From a virus, in IMG/VR virus record IMGVR_UViG_3300043449_001175, positions 35,139 through 99,138 of that record: DNA of 64,000 bases. One strand, given 5' to 3'. Below are positions 55,192-64,000 of the stretch, piece after piece (the stretch's first letter is position 1; the number at the start of each line of letters is the position of its first letter). A model generated the notes under the pieces. That model was not told the DNA's origin and did no database searches. It saw only the letters and a list, made by a program, of their open reading frames with translations. The translations under genes were made by a program, and so were the position numbers.

Positions 55192-58148
55192 TGGCTAAAA
55201 CTTTCATACCAAACACAGCGGCTTCAGGTGCCGGAACACCCTTTGATAATATCGTAGGGTTACAAACTGTGCAAGGTGGTGGACTAACACAAGGTAATTT
55301 TGAATTTGATTTAGGAATATCGGAAAAAACAAATAGAACTTTTAATATTGGAACATTTCAAAATCCAGTGTCATTAGAAAATTTAGATTTAGATTCTATA
55401 AATGCCTCGAGAGAATTATTGGCAAAAGAATATAGGGTCTATCCAAATTATGATTTATCTGTTGTTACAAATTTCACAATATTTGGTTCTTTACAAAAAC
55501 GATTTGAGGTATCAATTCAAAAAATATTAAACTTTTTTCCTGCGGCGATTGAGGTTGATGCGATTTATTATGATTTTACATCAGGATTAACTGCTGAGAA
55601 TATTGTATACAGTCCAGTTCCAAATGAAACAGAATTTACAATTGATGTTGCTAGAATTAAGAATCCATTTAATATTGATTATTCTGTTAATTCGGTAATT
55701 AATCTTCAAAACAGAGAACAATTATTTTCACCGATTAGAGATTTAACAAATAGGTATAGAGATTATAGTTTATTTGTTAATGGTGTTGAATATCCAATTA
55801 TTGACTTAGACCCAACAACAACTTTAAATTCAGGAACTCTAAAAGTTATTGTTACGGGACAACCATTTGTTGGTGTTACTTCAACAGTTGATTCAATTTA
55901 TATTAAACCAAACACATATTACACTGAAAAAGGTTTTGCTGAAGATTTTGATGAGGTTGAAAAGTTTTTATTAAATAGATTGGCAACACCACCATACACG
56001 GCAACATTTAATGTTCCTGTTGAAACCGATTCGGGTGTTGTTGCAATACAAACATCAACAGTAACTTGGCCTAAAGATGGTCTTTGGAATTTAGATATAA
56101 GAACACCATTATTCACAACGTATCTTGAAAAGTTAAATGAAATTGCCGTTAATTTTGATTTGTTTAAAACAAACTTAATTACTCGTTTTTTAACAACAGA
56201 ATCGTTTTTAGAATTTGACACACCAGACCATAGAGTTGCTAAGGTTTTACAAATATATGGTAGAAGTTTTGACCAAGTAAAACAATTTATTGACGCTTTG
56301 GCGTATATGAATTCTGTTAACTACACACCTGGTAATGACATACCATCCATGTTATTAAAAAATCTTGCTCAAACTTTGGGTTGGAGTACAAACATATCAC
56401 CAATTACAAATGAAAACTTTTTAGATTCGGTTTATTCATCAACTGGTGTGACACAATATGCTGGATTTTCAAGAGAACTTACACCATCAGAATTAAATTA
56501 TCAATTTTATAGAAATTTAATATTAAACTCGGCATATCTTTTCAAATCTAAAGGAACAAGACGTTCAGTTGAATTTACATTAAGATTGGTTGGAGCTCCT
56601 GAAGCACTTGTTGAGTTTAATGAACACGTTTATGTTGCTGACCAAAGAATCAACATGAGACAATTTGGTGAACAATACGCTCAAATTACTGGTGGAACAT
56701 ATATTGAAAATGTAACTCAATTATCTGCGGGTGACACATATAGAATATATGGTCAAACATACACAGCCTTTACTTCATCAACAAACACTTTTTTTGTAGA
56801 CCAAATAATTGAAGATTATCCCGTTGATGAATTTGGATTTCCAAGAGCACCAATTGAAACTTCGGATTATTATTTTGAAAAAGGTGCTGGATGGTTTGAA
56901 TCAACACCACAACATAGAAGTCCACAAATTGTAAATCAAACAACTTCTGTTTTTACAGGTAATAGTCCAAATGTTCAAACAACTTTACAACCTTTTACTT
57001 ACGGACAAGAATATTTTAATAGGTTTAGAAATTTCCCATACATGAATTTGGGTTTTAATTTAAAACTTGTACCTGATAATAAAAAAAGTTGGCAACCACC
57101 TGTATATAGGGTTAGTGTTGAGTCAGGATACAATGCCTATTATGTAGTATCTGATGAAAGACTAGTACTTAATGCGAAAAATGTTGATTTGTTCATGAAC
57201 CCTGGACAAGGTATTCTTTATAATGTTTGGTCAATGTCCAAGAATTATAATTATCCAATTCCTAATTCAGGGATGACATCACCATACCCAAGTTTGGGAA
57301 CTTATGATTGGACATATATTAATCCTGAAGCAAACAAAAAAACATTCTTTGAATTTGCACAAACATTTGTTAACAATACAATTAATATTAGAGATAGGTG
57401 GTACTCAACAGATGGTAAAACAGGTGGATATCCAACACTATTAAATATTTTTTACAATTACCTTCTTTCTGAAGAAAATGTTGGAATTCCAAATGATAAT
57501 TTTACATATCAAAAATTAATTGAATATGTTGATGGTCTTGGTCCATATTGGATTAGATTAACTCAACAAATGATACCAGCCTCCACAATATGGAACACTG
57601 GTACTCGTTTAGAAAATTCAGCATTACAAAGACAAAAGTATGTCTACAGAAGACAACGAGGTTGTCAGTTAGTACAAATTGAAAATGACCCATGTTTGGC
57701 GACAAGTCAATTATTTACATTTGATTGTACTAGACAAAGTGCTACGTGTTCGATATATCCTTGGATTGGACCAAACCCTGGTGATGTTACATCATTCTCA
57801 CAAATACTATATAATGTCCTATACAATTATTTAGATACACAAGGTTATCTTCTATCAGATTGTAATGCGAATTCATTATACTCCCAATGGTATGTGGATG
57901 TTAAAATTGATGGTGTTACTGTTATTCAAAATAAATTCTTTGATGGTTATGGTACAGGACAAGTTCCAACAAATAACCAATGGAAAACAGCACTTATTTT
58001 GAATCTACAACAATTAATTGACGATGGTTATTTCTTTTATGTGAACGGTAATTCGGTTACAATTTATAACTTGAATTGTGTGTCAAGTTCAGAACCAATT
58101 ACGTTACAAATAAACGTTGGTATTAATATAGACATTAGTTGTCAGTAA
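55191..58148 (+). CDS. Baseplate/tail-fibre attachment protein with a P2 gpI/T4 gp7-like segment
   Basis: LKNLAQTLGW...YLFKSKGTRRSVEFTLRLVG motif. Confidence 0.6.
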   Translation: MAKTFIPNTAASGAGTPFDNIVGLQTVQGGGLTQGNFEFDLGISEKTNRTFNIGTFQNPVSLENLDLDSINASRELLAKEYRVYPNYDLSVVTNFTIFGSLQKRFEVSIQKILNFFPAAIEVDAIYYDFTSGLTAENIVYSPVPNETEFTIDVARIKNPFNIDYSVNSVINLQNREQLFSPIRDLTNRYRDYSLFVNGVEYPIIDLDPTTTLNSGTLKVIVTGQPFVGVTSTVDSIYIKPNTYYTEKGFAEDFDEVEKFLLNRLATPPYTATFNVPVETDSGVVAIQTSTVTWPKDGLWNLDIRTPLFTTYLEKLNEIAVNFDLFKTNLITRFLTTESFLEFDTPDHRVAKVLQIYGRSFDQVKQFIDALAYMNSVNYTPGNDIPSMLLKNLAQTLGWSTNISPITNENFLDSVYSSTGVTQYAGFSRELTPSELNYQFYRNLILNSAYLFKSKGTRRSVEFTLRLVGAPEALVEFNEHVYVADQRINMRQFGEQYAQITGGTYIENVTQLSAGDTYRIYGQTYTAFTSSTNTFFVDQIIEDYPVDEFGFPRAPIETSDYYFEKGAGWFESTPQHRSPQIVNQTTSVFTGNSPNVQTTLQPFTYGQEYFNRFRNFPYMNLGFNLKLVPDNKKSWQPPVYRVSVESGYNAYYVVSDERLVLNAKNVDLFMNPGQGILYNVWSMSKNYNYPIPNSGMTSPYPSLGTYDWTYINPEANKKTFFEFAQTFVNNTINIRDRWYSTDGKTGGYPTLLNIFYNYLLSEENVGIPNDNFTYQKLIEYVDGLGPYWIRLTQQMIPASTIWNTGTRLENSALQRQKYVYRRQRGCQLVQIENDPCLATSQLFTFDCTRQSATCSIYPWIGPNPGDVTSFSQILYNVLYNYLDTQGYLLSDCNANSLYSQWYVDVKIDGVTVIQNKFFDGYGTGQVPTNNQWKTALILNLQQLIDDGYFFYVNGNSVTIYNLNCVSSSEPITLQINVGINIDISCQ

Positions 58149-58175
58149 ACTACTTTATAATCATATTTAATAGTT

Positions 58176-60914
58176 ATGGCGTTAGTAAATAAATTATTTC
58201 AAAATTGTTTCAATTATACAGGAGATACAATTTATAAAACATTTACAATTGATGATGCTAGTGGATGGACAACAACACAAAGTTACGTTATTTATAGTGG
58301 TGATGGAGCTTGTTATGTTTACTTGGGTACTACTTTGGGTAGTCCAGTATCAACATATCTATCACCTACTGGAACAAATGTTAGTGGTGCTTGTAATTCA
58401 TCAACAGGATGTCCGTCAGTTAACACCAACATGTACCCAAACAATTTGTTTTACACGTTTTCGGCGTGTTGTGATGGGTCAACATTTAGTTTTAGACGTG
58501 GTGACATTGAATTGGGTTCCGATTATGTTAATGGTACGACAATGGCTCTTAGTTATGTTGGGACTGGTGGTACTTTTAATGGTTGTGCAACTGTAATCAC
58601 AGGATATACCGGTTCAACAATATATACCGACAATAATTGTACTTTTAGTTATTTATCAACATTCTCGGATTGTTCTGATTGTGAAATATATTCTCCTTGC
58701 CCAACACCAACTACAACACCAACACCAACTACAACACCAACACCAACTATAACTCCAACACCAACTATAACTCCAACACAAATACCGCCAAGTCCAACAC
58801 CAACCTCAACACCATTTAATAATGGTAATACTTTTGCATATACGATAACAGTAACGGGCGCTTGTGAGACTGGAATTGGTGCGGCATTACTCACCGCAAG
58901 TGGTGGTACTCCACCATATACGTTTGATTGGTACAATCCTAATTTAGGTACTGGACCGTATAAATCAAACTTATCTGCCGGTACATATTTTGTTAGAGCT
59001 AATGATTCAACAGCACCAACAAATAATGAATTTTTTATTAATGTTGTTATTGGTTCTGGTTTGACAATAGGATTTCAAAGTGAAATTGCAACAACATGTG
59101 GATTAAATAATGGTTCATTAACAGTAACTGCAGAATCAAGTTGTAATGTAATTAATTATTATTTATATTCGGCTTATGGATTTGTTGATTCTCAAACAAA
59201 CTCAACAAATATTGCGACATTTGATAATTTATCTGCGGGTACTTATTCAGTAACTGCGATTGATTGTGGTGGTTGTTCAGGAACTTCAGAAACATGTATT
59301 ATATATTCATCAAACACTCTTGATTATGGATTTTATATTGTAAATGATACTGAATGTGCTAGTCCGACAGGAAAGGTATACGTTACTGGTGTTACAGGTA
59401 ACTCACCATTTACTTATGAGTGGTCTAATGGTGTAACAGGTGATACTATTACAGGATTAACAGCTGGTGGTTATGGAGTTACAGTAACATCATCGGATGG
59501 TTGTGTTTTATCTAAAGTTGCCACGGTTGATTTTGTTCCAAGTATTGGGTTAGGTTCATGGACTGCGGTTACACCATCTTGTTTTGTTGCTGATGGTTCA
59601 TTAACATTAACAATAACGGGAGGAACAGGTCCTTATTATTATTCAGGTTCAAATGGTACCGTAGCAATAACATATGCGACTTCATATGTATTTTCAGGTT
59701 TATCTTCAGGACCATTCTCTGTTGATATTACCGATGCTGCTTTATGTAAAGCAACATTCTCAACCGTATTACAAACGCCAAACACATTTAATAGTTTAGA
59801 TGTAACAACAACAAATTCTAATTGTAGTAGTAATGATGGAAAGATATCAATCACTTTGGATGGTGGACAAATACCGTACACATATACTTTAGTTTATCCT
59901 GATTCATCTGTTGTTAATGCGGTTTCAAATTCAACCGCATATGATTTTGTTAATCTTGAAAGTGGAACTTACACTGTATATGTTTCTGATAATACAAGTT
60001 GTGTTTACCAAGAAGAAACAACAATTATCGCTGAAAATTTATATACTGTAACAACAACAAGTACGGGTTCAACATGTAATTTGTCTAATGGTAGTGTTAC
60101 ATTGGTATTATCAACAGGTGGAACCGCACCATATACATATCAATTAAGTACCGGACAATCATTAAATACTAGTTTTAGTGCTGCTACATTTGGGGGATTA
60201 TCAACAGGAACTTATGTTTATAGTGTAACGGATGCTACAGGATGTGTCCAAACAGGAAGTGTTAGTGTGTCATTTGGTACACCATTACAATACTCTTTAT
60301 ACCCAACAGGATGTGGTACGGGTTCAGGTGGAACAATTACTGCTTTAATTAGTTCAGGTACACCACCATTTACGTTTACTTGGTCTGATAATATTAGTGG
60401 TAATCCTCAAAACATTGTCGTAACTGGTCTTACGGGTGGAACATATAGTTTAACAATTGTGGATGCTTCAGGATGTACTCAAACAAGAAATACGGTTATT
60501 AGTTGTACGGCAATTGAATCTACATATCAAATTTATACGATGTGTGAGAGAGAATTTGAATATACGTCAGGTACTGAAAGAGGAATTCTTCAAATGTTAA
60601 ATGAAGGTTATAATGATATTATTTCTGGTCACACAAATTGTTTATTAAGTGCTGCGACATTTGTTGCTCAAGTTGAGGTTAGTGGTACGACATATACCGA
60701 TTCATTTTACACTGGTACCACACTATTAGACATCCCAACAAATCAACAATGGTATGATGCTGTTGAAACATTATTATTATCAATACCCGGTGTTAGTAGT
60801 GTTACAATTGATACTACATCAAGTGTTGTAACAATAGCAACAGAAGGTGAATTAGCAAACCAACAAATAATAATTGACCTGATAATTCAATATGACATTA
60901 ATTGTGTGAGTTAA
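58176..60914 (+). CDS. Fibre/adhesin-like virion protein with a Pro-Thr linker and tandem SprB-like repeats
   Basis: Repeated SGGTPPYTFDW / TGNSPFTYEWSNG / GGTAPYTYQL ... L-x-x-G-x-Y-x-V-x-x-x-D-x-x-GC units. TATTTAA at 58164. Confidence 0.7.
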   Translation: MALVNKLFQNCFNYTGDTIYKTFTIDDASGWTTTQSYVIYSGDGACYVYLGTTLGSPVSTYLSPTGTNVSGACNSSTGCPSVNTNMYPNNLFYTFSACCDGSTFSFRRGDIELGSDYVNGTTMALSYVGTGGTFNGCATVITGYTGSTIYTDNNCTFSYLSTFSDCSDCEIYSPCPTPTTTPTPTTTPTPTITPTPTITPTQIPPSPTPTSTPFNNGNTFAYTITVTGACETGIGAALLTASGGTPPYTFDWYNPNLGTGPYKSNLSAGTYFVRANDSTAPTNNEFFINVVIGSGLTIGFQSEIATTCGLNNGSLTVTAESSCNVINYYLYSAYGFVDSQTNSTNIATFDNLSAGTYSVTAIDCGGCSGTSETCIIYSSNTLDYGFYIVNDTECASPTGKVYVTGVTGNSPFTYEWSNGVTGDTITGLTAGGYGVTVTSSDGCVLSKVATVDFVPSIGLGSWTAVTPSCFVADGSLTLTITGGTGPYYYSGSNGTVAITYATSYVFSGLSSGPFSVDITDAALCKATFSTVLQTPNTFNSLDVTTTNSNCSSNDGKISITLDGGQIPYTYTLVYPDSSVVNAVSNSTAYDFVNLESGTYTVYVSDNTSCVYQEETTIIAENLYTVTTTSTGSTCNLSNGSVTLVLSTGGTAPYTYQLSTGQSLNTSFSAATFGGLSTGTYVYSVTDATGCVQTGSVSVSFGTPLQYSLYPTGCGTGSGGTITALISSGTPPFTFTWSDNISGNPQNIVVTGLTGGTYSLTIVDASGCTQTRNTVISCTAIESTYQIYTMCEREFEYTSGTERGILQMLNEGYNDIISGHTNCLLSAATFVAQVEVSGTTYTDSFYTGTTLLDIPTNQQWYDAVETLLLSIPGVSSVTIDTTSSVVTIATEGELANQQIIIDLIIQYDINCVS
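58701..58779 (+). repeat. 18-nt tandem repeat, about 4 copies, encoding PTPTTT/PTPTIT
   Basis: CCAACACCAACTACAACA x2 followed by CCAACACCAACTATAACT x2. Confidence 0.9.
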
Positions 60915-60915
60915 T

Positions 60916-61218
60916 ATGGCAATGATTGAAATAATATCGATTACAGGTACTTCACCATATCAGGTGTATGTGTCAGATGTATATGGTAATAATCAAACTT
61001 TTGTTGGAACAATTTCAGGGTCAGTACCACCTGTTGAAAATTTTTATTTACCAACAATATTTGATAACGCACCAGCAATCATGTTAACAATAACTGATTC
61101 CGATGGATGTTCTAAATTCAAAATACTTGAATGTATTTATGGTTGTGGATTCGCAATTCAAATTGTTGCAAGTGATTGTATTTTTACAATTGCATTTGAA
61201 CCACCAAACAATCCTTAA
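60916..61218 (+). CDS. Small virion-associated beta protein
   Basis: ITGTSPYQVYV...ITDSDGC resembles a single degenerate SprB-like unit. Confidence 0.5.
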   Translation: MAMIEIISITGTSPYQVYVSDVYGNNQTFVGTISGSVPPVENFYLPTIFDNAPAIMLTITDSDGCSKFKILECIYGCGFAIQIVASDCIFTIAFEPPNNP

Positions 61219-61295
61219 ATAAGTTAGTGTAATTTTAGGACTAATATTCTAAAAAGTACAAACTCATTGTATTTATTAAGAAATTAATTCTATAG

Positions 61296-62288
61296 ATGGC
61301 AGAAATTTATGATATTATTGTGGTTAATGAAGCGAGCGGTTGTCAAAACGCTGTAACCAATCAATATACCATTACAGGTTGTAATCAAACAGTCCTTGTT
61401 AAATTTGACGGGACAAACAATGCTGTTGGACCATTTGACATCTATACGGGTAGTACTGGAACAACGGCTGTATATACAGGTGTTACAAGAACTGAAATGA
61501 TATATGGTGTTGTATTAACACTTACAGACCCATCAGCATTTTGTGGTACACCAACACCTACACCTACTCCAACAATAACACCATCTTCGGTAACACCAAC
61601 ACCTACACCAACATCAACAGTTACACCCACACCATCGGTTACTATTGGTATTACACCAACACCTACATCTACAACAACACCAACACCGACACCTTCAATC
61701 ACACCATCAAGCACACCGTCAGTTGGAACTGCTTATCTATTTATTGAACCTCAATCTGGTTCAACCAACATTGGTCAATATATGTTTGATGGTGGATATA
61801 ATTTCTATGGGTTTACAAACTTATCGGGACCTGATACCTCGTCACAAGTCCTCTTTAGTAATGATATGAATGGATACGTATCATTTACAGGTTGGACTGG
61901 TGGTGTTTTCCCAACAGTTAGGACACAATCGGTCCCACAAGTAAGTGGTGGTGTTGATGCTTACGGTAATAGTATTGTTGCTTACAATTTTACAACACAT
62001 GAGGTACCAGTGAATACAGTTTCAAATCAAGCTTGGTACACTTGGATTATTCCAACAGGTGCAACTAATAACTTAATACAATATCAAATTGATGTTGATT
62101 CTTTTGGTAATCCAAATTCTATGACAACATTAACTATGGATTCAACAATATACACAAAAACATTTAATTACACTGGTTCAACAATTCCTACAGGCGTTTA
62201 TAGAGTTTATACAACATTTGCAGATTTATCGTTTTATTTAGATAATGGTGGAAACACAATTTATTTCAGAGGTAATTCAGTAATATAA
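61296..62288 (+). CDS. Virion protein: small N-terminal domain, Pro-Thr linker, and C-terminal domain paralogous to ORF 3-869
   Basis: ~55-aa TPTP linker and AYLFIEPQSGST...YFRGNSVI domain. TATTTAT at 61270. Confidence 0.7.
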   Translation: MAEIYDIIVVNEASGCQNAVTNQYTITGCNQTVLVKFDGTNNAVGPFDIYTGSTGTTAVYTGVTRTEMIYGVVLTLTDPSAFCGTPTPTPTPTITPSSVTPTPTPTSTVTPTPSVTIGITPTPTSTTTPTPTPSITPSSTPSVGTAYLFIEPQSGSTNIGQYMFDGGYNFYGFTNLSGPDTSSQVLFSNDMNGYVSFTGWTGGVFPTVRTQSVPQVSGGVDAYGNSIVAYNFTTHEVPVNTVSNQAWYTWIIPTGATNNLIQYQIDVDSFGNPNSMTTLTMDSTIYTKTFNYTGSTIPTGVYRVYTTFADLSFYLDNGGNTIYFRGNSVI

Positions 62289-62311
62289 AGATTAAATGAT
62301 ATTTAATAATA

Positions 62312-64000
62312 ATGAGCAATTTAGACTATACTAATCCAATAACATCTAATCAATTATCTTCACAACAATCGGTTGTAAAAAATTCGGTTTTTGGTGTTAC
62401 TTTTTCAGTTTTAAATTCAGGTGGGTACATGGAAGTGTACAATTTGTCTGATTTACAATTTGTGTACACTGGTGGTACAGGTCTAATTACAGGGTCAACA
62501 ATTCCAATTCAATTTAACAAAGGTATTAATAATACGTTTAGTCCTGATGTATTAACTTTAAGTAATGATTTAATTACTTCAGGAAGAAGAAGATTGGGAA
62601 TGCTTGCTTATGTTCAAGAAACAGGTTTAATATACCAATTTACAGTACCAAACTACGATTATTTATGGTCTGCAGTTACTGCACAAACAGGAACATCAGC
62701 CGTTACTTATACCGATTACTCAACATTAGTTAATAATCGTTCACAAGCAGGTCAAGATTTTATTAATGTTTGGACAGCATCAACAATTGATGGTTATAAC
62801 GCTCCTTGGAGTGGTGCAACATGGAGAGTTTTACCAGGTTCATATCCAGCCATTACAGGAGGAACATATAACTCAGGAACAACTACATTAGAATTATTTA
62901 ATTCAACAGGTGGAACAATATCTATAAGTGGATTTACATCAGGAGGTGGGGGTAGTCCTTTAACTGTTGACGGCATTTCGAATGTCACTAACATTACATT
63001 TAGCGGTGCTTCAGTTGTTGATGATGGTGGTGGTGCAATTACGGTGGTTATTAGTGGTGGTACGGGAACTTCAGGTACTAGTGGTACATCAGGAACATCA
63101 GGTTCAAGTGGTACATCAGGTGAATCAGGAACTAGCGGTACTTCAGGAACATCAGGTGAATCAGGAACTAGCGGTACTTCAGGTGAGTCAGGAACTAGCG
63201 GTACATCAGGTGAGTCAGGAACTAGTGGTACATCAGGTGAGTCAGGAACAAGTGGAACATCAGGAACTTCAGGTGAGTCAGGAACTAGTGGTACTTCAGG
63301 AACTTCAGGTGAATCAGGAACTAGCGGTACTTCAGGAACATCAGGTGAGTCAGGAACTAGTGGTACTTCAGGTACATCAGGTGAATCAGGAACTAGCGGT
63401 ACTTCAGGAACCAACGGTACTTCAGGAACATCAGGTGAATCAGGAACTAGTGGTACATCAGGTGAATCAGGAACTAGCGGTACATCAGGAACTAGTGGTA
63501 CATCAGGTGAATCAGGAACTAGCGGTACATCAGGAACTAGTGGTACATCAGGTGAATCAGGAACTAGCGGTACTTCAGGAACATCAGGTGAATCAGGAAC
63601 TAGCGGTACATCAGGAACTAGCGGTACTTCAGGAACATCAGGTGAATCAGGAACTAGCGGTACATCAGGAACATCAGGTGAATCAGGAACTAGCGGTACA
63701 TCAGGAACTAGCGGTACTTCAGGAACATCAGGTGAATCAGGAACTAGTGGTACATCAGGTGAATCAGGAACTAGCGGTACATCAGGAACTAGTGGTACAT
63801 CAGGTGAATCAGGAACTAGCGGTACTTCAGGAACTAGTGGTACATCAGGTGAATCAGGAACTAGCGGTACTTCAGGAACTAGCGGTACATCAGGAACATC
63901 AGGTTCAAGTGGTTCTTCAGGATTGAGTGGTGTAGATGGAACATCAGGTTCAAGTGGCACATCAGGTGAATCAGGAACTAGCGGTACTTCAGGAACATCA
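62312..64000 (+). CDS. Fibre/decoration protein with a long Gly-Thr-Ser/Gly-Glu-Ser triplet repeat, 3'-truncated by the window edge (missing from the ORF track)
   Basis: ATG 62312 (TATTTAA at 62300, 12-nt spacing). The frame reads [12 protein letters not shown]...[10 protein letters not shown]...[14 protein letters not shown] and is open to the window end. Confidence 0.85.
   Translation, partial: MSNLDYTNPITSNQLSSQQSVVKNSVFGVTFSVLNSGGYMEVYNLSDLQFVYTGGTGLITGSTIPIQFNKGINNTFSPDVLTLSNDLITSGRRRLGMLAYVQETGLIYQFTVPNYDYLWSAVTAQTGTSAVTYTDYSTLVNNRSQAGQDFINVWTASTIDGYNAPWSGATWRVLPGSYPAITGGTYNSGTTTLELFNSTGGTISISGFTSGGGGSPLTVDGISNVTNITFSGASVVDDGGGAITVVISGGTGTSGTSGTSGTSGSSGTSGESGTSGTSGTSGESGTSGTSGESGTSGTSGESGTSGTSGESGTSGTSGTSGESGTSGTSGTSGESGTSGTSGTSGESGTSGTSGTSGESGTSGTSGTNGTSGTSGESGTSGTSGESGTSGTSGTSGTSGESGTSGTSGTSGTSGESGTSGTSGTSGESGTSGTSGTSGTSGTSGESGTSGTSGTSGESGTSGTSGTSGTSGTSGESGTSGTSGESGTSGTSGTSGTSGESGTSGTSGTSGTSGESGTSGTSGTSGTSGTSGSSGSSGLSGVDGTSGSSGTSGESGTSGTSGTS
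63065..64000 (+). repeat. 9-nt-unit coding tandem repeat (about 100 Gly-X-Ser triplets)
   Basis: Units GGAACTAGC/GGAACTAGT/GGTACATCA/GGTACTTCA/GGAACATCA/GGTGAATCA arranged in higher-order blocks. Confidence 0.95.

Noticed and set aside
61442-61714. Val-Gly repeat ORFs on the minus strand (also 58649-58936 and 35624-35983)
   Set aside because: Antisense shadows of the Pro-Thr and Pro-Ala-Asp repeats.
306-62288. Duplicated domain as a diversity-generating retroelement TR/VR pair or a terminal repeat
   Set aside because: Differences are spread over all bases and are largely synonymous or conservative rather than adenine-specific, both copies are coding, and no reverse transcriptase is in the window.
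62794-63960. 388-aa minus-strand ORF (PDVPLV repeats) and 319-aa plus-strand ORF 62967-63926 (VHQVNQEL repeats)
   Set aside because: Shadow frames of the Gly-Thr-Ser repeat gene that starts at 62312. The repeat simply lacks stops in those frames.
63065-64000. Possible CRISPR array or non-coding satellite
   Set aside because: No unique spacers. The units are 9-nt in-frame codon triplets with synonymous variation, so the repeat is protein-coding.
1-64000. Alternative genetic code
   Set aside because: Genes are full length and densely packed under the standard code, with no fragmentation at TAG or TGA.

Overview
The whole window is a segment of a large, AT-rich, contractile-tailed (myovirus-type, T4-like gene set) bacteriophage genome read in the standard genetic code. 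I see no tRNA, rRNA, CRISPR array, integrase or transposase. It contains four kinds of genes. (i) A four-gene glycosyltransferase-like cluster (GT60/GlcNAc-T, GT25, HtrL/YibB-like, HtrL+GT2 fusion) at 977-5511. (ii) Replication genes (family B DNA polymerase, SNF2 helicase, gp32-like SSB, RecA/UvsX, 5'-3' exonuclease, DnaB helicase, class II RNR), three of whose units have sigma70-like promoters. (iii) Neck, tail and baseplate genes (gp13/14/15-like, sheath, tube, hub/chaperone, tape measure, hub, gp25, wedge), followed by large Ser/Thr/Gly-rich fibre or decoration proteins with SprB-like repeats, Pro-Thr linkers and a long Gly-Thr-Ser triplet repeat. (iv) Accessory enzymes (GNAT, Mn-type SOD fused to a nuclease-like domain, HAD phosphatase). 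The best candidate for an undescribed system is phage-encoded O-glycosylation of the virion. A mucin-initiating-type GlcNAc transferase cluster co-occurs with mucin-like Pro-Thr linkers, a proline-free Gly-Thr-Ser collagen-like repeat, and a short [S/T]-G-x-T motif. That motif is abundant in presumably surface-exposed virion proteins but nearly absent from replication enzymes, tail tube and tape measure. Other notable signals are a strand-oriented TATTTA(T/A) motif often exactly 12 nt before late-gene start codons, a candidate +1 frameshift (TTT TTT CGG) before the tape measure gene, a structured 5' UTR on the polymerase gene, and enzymes with possible prohead-protease-cleavable leaders. All family calls come from motif recognition by eye and all counts are hand counts; no database searches were run.
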